Origin: Monocercomonoides exilis PA203 | Lineage: Eukaryota; Protista; Preaxostyla | NCBI GenBank assembly: GCA_001643675.2 | Contig: LSRY02000060.1 | Span: 186,001 to 250,000, forward strand | Length of the DNA stretch: 64,000 nucleotides | Direction of reading: 5' to 3' | Shown: positions 55,378-64,000 of the stretch, in pieces | How the letters are laid out: each line of letters begins with the position of its first letter | Numbering within the stretch: the first letter of the stretch is position 1 | The notes under the pieces: model-generated | Databases searched by the model: none | What the model was told of the DNA's origin: nothing | Seen by the model: the letters and a program-made list of their open reading frames with translations, nothing else | Position numbers and translations under genes: made by a program

Positions 55378-56349
55378 TTAAAATAGCTCAACAAATAGTT
55401 TTGAAAGAATGTGTAATTAAAAATTTGGGTTGATTGTTAGAGAAAACTTTTAATGATTTTGCATTTCAAATTTCAATGGAGAAAACTTCAGTTTCTTATG
55501 AAAAAAAACTTGATCTCGCATTAATCAAAAATTTCTGTTCACTTCTTAAGTTTTATCATTAGATGTATTGTGAAATAAAAAAAAATTTCAAAATTATTGT
55601 GTTATTTCAAAATAACCCAATAATTTTGAAATTGTCTATGGAAATTTTGAAATTTTTGGGGTATTTTGCAATAACTCGGGTGGGCAAATTTTTTCTGAGA
55701 AAAAATATATTATGAACAAGCATGAAGTTGTTCAAATCATATTTTCGAAAAATATTCTGTTGTTTTTTATTATTATTAATGAAAGTTAAAAATTTTTAAA
55801 CAAAATTATTATGAAATAATGAATGATTTTTCGAAACAAACTTTGGATTACAATTTAGTTCCTTTCAAATTAATTGTTATTATTGTTTGAAGGTTTTCAT
55901 TGCATTTTTTTTCCAGATGAATGATAAAGGTCTCATTTTTTTGAAAGTCTCCTAGGATCTAAATATTTACCGATTGGAGAATGTTATGAAACACTCCGTT
56001 TAAATTATTTATCATCAATATTCAAAATTTCACAAACGAGAAAGATTACCTATGAGAAACTTCAACATCCAAAAAAACCTGTTCATGATATAAATTTTTT
56101 GTGTTATTTTTTGATCAATCAAAATATTTGTTTTCTGGTGAAATAAGATTTGTTGCATTTTATCACGAAAGTTTCTGAACAAGATATGTGAGGGACAATG
56201 TGTTTCACAAGTTTGAACGTTGAAAAATTATTCAGATTTGAAAAAACTTATTCATTCATTTTCACTGTTTATCTTGGTTAAAGCAATTCAAATGAAAAAT
56301 TCTTCTCATCAATGTTAAGTTGAATTGAATCATATTCAAATTCAAGGGA

Positions 56350-57750
56350 AAACAAAATGGATTCAACAGAAAGTTTGTCCATTTCATTATGGAAATGGAT
56401 TGGTTGCACATCGCAACAAGGAGGTGCTCTTTATTTCCAAGACTGTGAAAAAGCCATCCTTAGAGTTGAAAATTCGTCATTAATAAGATTCAATGCTTCA
56501 TCCACAAGAGGCGGAGGAAATATGCAATGAATATCGCTGAATGTATTGTGCTCCAGACAACATTAACGCAATGTTCTACAGAAAATGCAAGTTCAGATGG
56601 TTGCGGTGGTGAAGGAATTCAGTTTGAAAATATCAATACACATCCAGTGGTTTATGATTGCTCCTTTCAAAATTACTCTTTCGGCAACGACGGAGGGGCA
56701 ATTGATCTGCGTGCAAAGAGAACTGAGAGGCAGTAGAAATGTGTTATTAATCAGTTTATTTTTCAACTGCAGTGCGCTTAACTCTTCAGGTTCTGAAGGT
56801 GGTGCAATTGAGCATTGGCTTTCAATGGACAAAGTCTTAATGAATAACTGCCTATTCTACAACTGCTTTTCGATGACAGCAGGAGGTGCTGTTGGCTCAC
56901 AAATAGATGTTGTTTATTGAGGAATTTTTGTTTTTCTGTTGTTTTTTCCACTAAAGTTCATGTGTGAAAGGTGGACATGACATTCTTTTTCAAGACTTTT
57001 CATCAAACAACATTCACATAAGATGTTATTCAAACAGACAAACACCGAACAGAGTTAGCTCAAAATGCAACTCTGTTGTTGATAAAAGTGAATAGCTTGA
57101 TAACGTTGGTGGACGAATCAGATTTGTTTTTTTAACTGAAGCAAAACCAAATTCCAAATGTGCTTTTTCATGTCAGATCAATGAAAGCTATCAGTGTTAT
57201 TCTATCAGCCATTGTTTTACTCAACTTAATCCAGGTTGTGCAAATGAAGTCCAGATATAAGCAAAAACAACGACAGGAATAAGAAGTGTGGACTTCGATA
57301 TAAACGCTTATGTGATATATGGACAAAGTGGCGTGAGTGCAATTGTCCAAACAAAAATTGAAGCAGCTAATGTTTCTTATATTTCAGTCTTAACAGGAGC
57401 TTGCTCTTGTGCATTGCTTAGAAGAAGTGAATTTTTATGACTCACGAATATTTGTGGAGAATGGAACTTATTATGTTGGAACAGCAGGCAGCACAACTCT
57501 TTTCTCACTAAGTCTCCAGTTTTCTGCGAACCCTCCATGAAAGTTCCATTTGCTACGGCTCCATTATAATTTGCTCATGTTCTCCAGTTAAACTCCAACA
57601 ATGTGCAATTCGTTGCAGATAGAATTACTAAGGATAACGGTCATTTTTATAATTTCACATCATCTGGGTCTGCTTTCTCTTGCTGTTGTCTTATCTTCCC
57701 TTTCAGTTCCATGACTAATGATGCCATCTCTTCTCCTGATCTCTTTCAGT
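56350..57750 (+). pseudogene. Pseudogene fragment of a beta-helix surface-protein ectodomain (same superfamily as 4394-16736)
   Basis: WKWIGCTSQQGGALYFQDC, FQNYSFGNDGGAIDL, FFNCSALNSSGSEGGAIEHW...CLFYNCFSMTAGGAVG in shifting frames with many stops. Confidence 0.75.
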
Positions 57751-57789
57751 GAAAATTGAATGATAAATCAAATTCCTGTCAATCTGACA

Positions 57790-58887
57790 GAAAAACAATT
57801 TTCAAACAACCATCATCATCTTCTTCTTTTCTTCTTCTTCTTCTTCTTCCTTTTCTTCTTCCACTTCTTTTTGTGATTATTGCGATTCTTGCGATTCTGC
57901 TTCATCATCATCATCATCTTCTTCTTCAAACAACAGATCTTTAGAGAATACAAGAGCAGGCTATTTGTCTAACAATATTTTGATAGAGAATCTGTTAGAG
58001 TTGGCGTTTGAATGCATGAATAAGGTCAAATTGAATGAAAATCAGCTAAGTCACGAAGTTTTCACAGAAAATGGAAATTTTTCAAGTCAATTGACTCCTC
58101 AAACAACATCTGAAACATCATTTTTATCTGAAAAGCCACAAAACACTTCCTCCTCCTCCTTCTCTTCTTCTTCTTCTTCCTCCTCTTCTCCTCTTTTCAT
58201 AGGCTCACTCCTTCCTCGCCCTCTCAGTTTCAATCTCGCTCAATCTCTTTCTCTTCTCGCCTGGTCTGTTTTGTGTGGCCTTCTTTCCCTGTTCAGAGAC
58301 TGCCATCCGACTCAGCTGAATAAAAAAGTTTCTTTTGGTGTGAATGTGCTAGCTCAGCAGAATAAGGATGATTTGAATAACAACAATGATCATTATAATA
58401 ATAATGACAATTGAAATTATAAAAAAAAAATAATAATTCTTCAAATTCTTCTTCTTCTTCTTCTCGTAAGAACAATCTTTCTGCGGATTATTTGCTGAGA
58501 AATGGAGCAGAAACAGTTCCGCTGGATGTTTTGACTGAAATAGAGGAAGAAAATAATTATTCTTCATCATCAACATCTTCTTCTTTCTCTTCTCCTTCTC
58601 CTTCTCCTTCTCCTTCTCCTTCTCCTTCTTCTTCTTCTTCTTCGTTTTCTTCGCCTCTTCTTCTGTTCATCCATCTCCTCTTAGAACTGTACCACTCTCT
58701 CGACCCTTTCTTATCTGTCCCACATTCTCTTCCTCCAACAATGCCCTCCCCCTCCCCATCTCTTCTCCTCCAGCTCCTTTCCCCCCAACAAGCCGCTCTA
58801 CCTTCTCTTCATACGAAGCCTTTATTTACAACTGATGCTGCTTCTATCAAACAAGAATCATTTGCTCCTTCACAATCACATCATTGA
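57790..58887 (+). pseudogene. Decayed fragment of a poly-Ser-inflated gene
   Basis: Short ORFs (LLELAFECMNK, LAQSLSLLAWSVLCGLL, LLLFIHLLLELYHSLDPF) between TCT tracts; stops and frameshifts. Confidence 0.5.
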
Positions 58888-59920
58888 GCAGCGCCTTCTG
58901 CTCAATTATCATGTGCTCATGCGCTTTCGATAGCTCCATCAGCATGTTCGTTTCCTTCTCCATCTTGTTTATCTTCCACAGCACAGTTGCATCTGCTCTT
59001 CCACCACCACTCTGACTGCCTCCGCCACCTCCATTTACACAAACGCCTTTCTTCTCCAATCTCTTGCTGATCCCAGATCTCGTTCCCCCACTTCCACAGC
59101 CTCCTCCCACACCACCGTTTGCTTCTTCCACAACATTCACAGTACTTCTTTCTTTCACAACAACTCCCTTCCTGCTTGTGCATGGACCAAGCACCACAAC
59201 ACTTCCATATTTGATGATTTCTGTTAACCTCTCTAGGAACTTTTCACGTAGCCCTAATGGCAGAATCAATGACTCCGAAGACGGAACCATCCCGCACTAT
59301 GCAGAGGCCAGTAAAAAAAATGGCAGCATGCATCGCCAAACCATTTGTATCTGTTTGCTAACAACACTCACCACTCCTCCTTGCTAAGCTCTATCTTCTT
59401 CATTATCTCCACCAGCTGCTCCATCAGCTCCTTCACCTCTGCATTGGGTCTCTCCCTCAGCTCCAGAATCTTCCTTGCCAGTTCCACCACCATCTCCTCA
59501 ATCTTCCACACTTCATTCTCTGCAACTCCTCGTATTATCACTTCGTTGTCTGTCTTCACTGTCACGCTCCTCGACTGCGCAGATCGGAACACCAGTTGCG
59601 CTGTGGAAGGTTGTAACTCAGAAGGATTGAACGGAATGCAGATCAAATGGAACGCGTTCACTCCGTTCGATATTAAGATCCACTTTCTCCTTAACAACGA
59701 ACCCACCAACGTTACAAGGAAAAGATGCAGATTCACCAGCAAAACTGAAATCGTCACCGAAAGTGCTGCAACATACGCCCCACAGTTTCAGCAGTACGCA
59801 TGGGAACAACGGAATGAACTGATCAATTGCCCCAGTCACTTTCTTATCTTCGCTTCTTTGCCTTCGGAATGGAAAGGCTGATCTGTATTCAGCATGAACA
59901 AAAAAAGATATGAAAGTCAT
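58847..59920 (-). pseudogene. Decayed coding fragment (coiled-coil and Gly-rich), unidentified
   Basis: Adjacent ORFs EEMVVELARKILELRERPNAEVKELMEQLVEIMKK and LREKFLERLTEIIKYG...KINKMEKETNMLMELSK, separated by stops and frameshifts. Confidence 0.5.
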
Positions 59921-62093
59921 TTCAGAATCTTTTCATATAGCAAAATATGATATTTCAAATAACACCAAGTTGTATTTTGGAGGATTCGTAACGTGATGGA
60001 TAAAGTCGATATCAATAAAACCATTAGGCAAAAAATTTGAATGCTCGTTCTCCATGGAAAATTTGTTAAACAAAACTACGTATTGTTGGATTTTATTTCT
60101 TGTCTGTGAAAAGCTCCAAATCCTGTATCTTGTGTCTTATTACTGATAGAACGGTTCAAAAATTAGTTGTATTTCCTTTTTTATCAACATTTTGTTCAAT
60201 AAGACTTTGAACAAATTTTCACATTCAGCTCAGATTATTCAAACGACCATACGATCCACATATAGTAATTTGTTTGCTACGTGAAGAGATATAACAGCAG
60301 AAGAAATTCATTTATTCAAAAAAAAAACAAAAAAACAAAAAATCGCTTGTGAATAAATGCCTCTTTTCTTCTTTATCCAGTGGAAAATCATTTCCATGGA
60401 AATTATCTGTTCATTTTCGGATCAAATTTGTTGTGGTTTAATGGAAACCAACTTTATAAATCGAACAACAATGCTGCTTTACTCCTCTCAATCATCGGAA
60501 TTTGTCAATTTTTCAAACATTAAAAGGCGTAGAATGTCATTTGTTTCATTGAAGGGACAGCTTCGATTTATTAATAATTGTTTTCGCTGATTGCGTTCAT
60601 TGTTTACAGGAAAAGAAAGTCACAAAACATTTTCAAATTATTTTTCTCCATTGAAATTTTTTATATTTTGAACATTGACAATCATTTGTTGTCACAGAAA
60701 TATTTTGATAATCATAATAAACTTGTGATATAATATTTAATAATTTTTATTTTCAAGGTTGGAATAAAATTTCAATAAACGATTCGCTTCACATTATTGA
60801 ATGGTGAACATTTTGAAAAGTGTGAAGACAATAAATGAGTATATTTTCTACAAATTTCAAATAATTTTTGAACATCACATTTTTTATGCGAAAAATGAAG
60901 ATCTTCCCACAATTTTTATTTTACTTGAAATTTGTTCGTGAAACTTAAAATAACTGCCTTATTTTCAATTTTTCTGAAAAATTTCAAAATATCTTGATTA
61001 TTTCAAAATAACATATACGAATTTCAAATTTTTTCAAAAATTTCACAATTACACAAAAATTGTGCAATTCATCTATTATTATTTATATGGGGTGCATATT
61101 TTATCTTGACCTCAAATTTTTATCTCAACACTATTATTTTGAAACTTATTATTGCTTTTTCGATTTGAGAAAAGGCTAAAAACAAAAACAAAATAAATAG
61201 ACTTCTTGATATTTTTGTTTTTCAGAATTCTGTAGAAAAAAATTTTTTATTTTTTATTTTCAAAAAATTATTTTAATTTTCATTATTTTAGTACCCAGAT
61301 CAAAGACTTGCTGGCTGTGAAGCCAATATTTCATACTGAACGTTTTAAGCCACAGCATCAGCATTCCACATTCCAATATTATTATCTTAACTTGTTTTTA
61401 ACTTTTTCAATTTAATTTTTGACCTTTTTTTCTCATTTCACTGTTTTTGCTTAAAACACTATTTTTTATATAAACAAGTGATTGTGTCATATTTTATTAA
61501 AAAGAAAAAAATATACGAAGTATTTGTTATCGATTATTGGTTTTTAGCATTAAAATGAAAAGGATCTTTTCAAGAATTTTAACTGAAAAGCATGTACATA
61601 TGATTTTTTTGCAATTCAAATTACCAAACATTCACATATAAATTATCGTTTTAACACACAAGAATCTTTTTATTATAATAATGTTTATTTATCATTTCAA
61701 TAAATTTCAAAACAAATTCATATGTGTTTTTAAAATCGTGTTTTTTGAAAAAATGTGTGAAATGAGAAAAAATGTTAAAAAAAACAAGTTGAGAAAGTTT
61801 GAAACAACTAAATCATATAAAAAAGAAACGATGTATTATGATATGAAAGCTTAAAACTTCTGATAAAAAATATTCGCTGAAAAAGCAGCAAGTCAATGAT
61901 CAAAACATAAAATTATTATTATCCTCGATCTTTTTTTTCATATGAAATACTGAAAAAAGAAAAGAATTAGGAAATTAAAACCTTTAAAACATTTCTGGTT
62001 ATTTTTTATTTTAAACAGGCTTGTGTAAAGCTAAAAGCATGGCAAAAAAGAAAAATGTCTGGATTAAGAAAAAATGTTTAGATAAAATTATAG

Positions 62094-62096
<3 letters not shown>

Positions 62097-62149
<53 letters not shown>
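62097..62149. repeat. (TA)n microsatellite (others at ~38890-38914 and ~54244-54268)
   Basis: Direct reading. Confidence 0.95.
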
Positions 62150-62154
<5 letters not shown>

Positions 62155-64000
62155 ACAAAATAAAGCGCCTGCGACATAATAAATTGGAGAACAATTAGTC
62201 GGTTGAGCAGACAATCTTATATCGAAAAGTTATTTGAAGTTAAAAATCACATTATTTTGAATAAAATAGCATTTTTCCCATTTTTTACTAATATTTCCAT
62301 GTTAAATTTTCTGATCATTGTTTTTTAATATTAAAACAAAAATTGATTAGCTAAGTGAAAAAATAAATTTGTGATATTAACGAATGAATGCTAAATTATA
62401 TGTGTGTGATTTTTTATGAGATCATAAAATCGTTGCATCGTTGATCTTTCATGAGTAATTTTTATGTTGTTTTAAAATTTCATAAAAAAATATATTTTAA
62501 AATCTGAAGAGAGATCGTTGAAAAACTTGAAAACATTCAATCGATCGATGACATTAAAAAAAAAATTGTGATTGAAAAAATATGATGGTATGTTTGTCAG
62601 CTCAATTATCTTTTTTCCTTGAAAGTTTATGTGTCGGATAAGAAAAAAGAAAATGAACATTTTCTGAGGGATAGTGGTTATTATTTTTCACCGTAACATT
62701 GTCAGAGACAGCGAGGAGGTGGTAGTGGAATTGTGCGAGATGATTTTTTTTGTAAAGCACCTTGAAAGGAAATGAAACAATTTGGTTGTTAAAAGAAAAA
62801 ATTTCAATGTTTGTATTTTTAATCTTTCTTGATAGGCCTGGTTGACGGATTGAAAAATTGATGGATACGTCAGTCAGTGGAATATTTTCACGTCATTTGG
62901 CTTTTTTTCTCTCTTGATATTTGAGGCAATAAACACAAATTTTATAGAATAAAAATGTGTGGCTTCTTTCAATAATGATTAGTAATGAATATCATTTTTC
63001 CATTTAAGAAAAAACACTTAACCATAATTCTTATTACGCTCAATATGAGAAAAATAATTTTGCAATTTCACGCTTGCAGTATATGAACGCTGATTGATTT
63101 GCATATTATTGTATTTGCCTATTATCTATAAATGTTTTTCTTTTTGTGAATCCAGTGGAAATTTTCGAAAATAAACAAAAAGTGGAATATCTTATTATCC
63201 TTGATGAATATCGAGTTTATTCTACAAATTCATAAAGAAAGTTCACAGGATGAAGAAACTTGGAAGTGAAAACTGAGAATCAGATGATGAAACACTTGAT
63301 AATTGAAGGCATATTGAATTTTTTAATAAATAAAAAAAGCATTGACTAGGGAATAAAAAACAGAAAACTGCAAAAAAAATCCATTGAAGGCTTGCTGTCG
63401 TTATTTTTTTGGAGTGATTATTATTTTTCTTTCAGGATGCTGAAAGAGAGAAGGAATGGATGGCTTTGAAGAAGAAAAGCAAGGAAGGAATAAAAAGACG
63501 GACACATGAAATGAAAGATATTTCGAAGATACATTGAATTGGGCCTTGACGAAGAATTAGTTTTTGAGGAAAGATGTTTTTTTTGTGAAAGAGGGATAGC
63601 GAATATGGAAGAGACGGAATGAAAAAGTAATTTGCATCGCTTTCCAATTTTTTGCTGGCGAGGTGGATGATAGAGCTGAATGTTTGATGGATTTGGAGGA
63701 TATTATTTGCCAGAAGAAAAAGGGACAGAAGAAAAGAATTTCAATGTATTTCTCCGTTGATGTAAATTGACTCTCATCTTCTCAATCTTCAACAAATAAT
63801 AATCTCATTCAACACATTCATCATCATCATTGCCTTCTGGATCTTCTTTAAATATATCATCAACATTTCACATAACTTCTTCTTCTTCTTCTTTATCATC
63901 ATCATCTTCTTCATCTTTTGTTAATTTGTTATGTCTGTTTTCAATTGAGTTAAAGAATTATCTCCGGAATAAATTGAACGGGCACTAACGATAGAATTTT

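Larger units (their letters stand above)
55561..61074. mobile_element. Candidate old non-autonomous element: diverged ~130-bp inverted repeats enclosing gene fragments
   Basis: Left TAGATGTATTG...TGTTATTTCAAAATAA...ATTTTGAAATT (from 55560) versus the reverse complement of the right end TAGATGAATTG...TGTTATTTTGAAATAA...ATTTTGAAATT (to 61075). AT-rich and diverged. Confidence 0.4.

Noticed and set aside
62690-64000. Coding-like and acidic (Asp/Glu) stretches at the window end
   Set aside because: Stops in all frames, truncated by the window edge and no recognisable family; too weak to call.

Overview
AT-rich eukaryotic (protist) genomic DNA with short GT-AG introns and the standard genetic code. 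The gene families and low-complexity-inflated proteins resemble the oxymonad Monocercomonoides (inference from family recognition, not a search). In order, the window holds: (1) a degenerate Merlin/IS1595-type transposon with >=415-bp TIRs, interrupted in its right TIR by a 2,038-bp pogo/Fot1-type (DD35D) element at a TA site; (2) a ~4,080-aa beta-helix/Cys-module receptor with one TM helix and a kinase C-lobe remnant (2 introns, 2 homopolymer frameshifts); (3) an RRM-RRM-SURP gene; (4) two paralogs of a helical multicopy family; (5) a TmcB-like membrane protein; (6) an F-box polytopic membrane protein missed by the ORF track; (7) a TRAFAC GTPase/coiled-coil gene; (8) a 396-bp foldback MITE; (9) a 3,387-aa BIG/Sec7 ArfGEF; (10) an 8-exon AAAP/SLC36-type amino-acid transporter; (11) a ~5.5-kb block of gene debris between diverged inverted repeats. 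The most striking unexplained signal is a self-complementary sawtooth in base composition (C/T-rich -> G/A-rich -> AT-rich reset, roughly every 0.5 kb) across ~41.5-54.2 kb. It governs synonymous codon choice, poly-Ser/poly-Glu inserts and intron microsatellites alike, whichever strand the gene is on. No rRNA, tRNA or CRISPR array was recognised.
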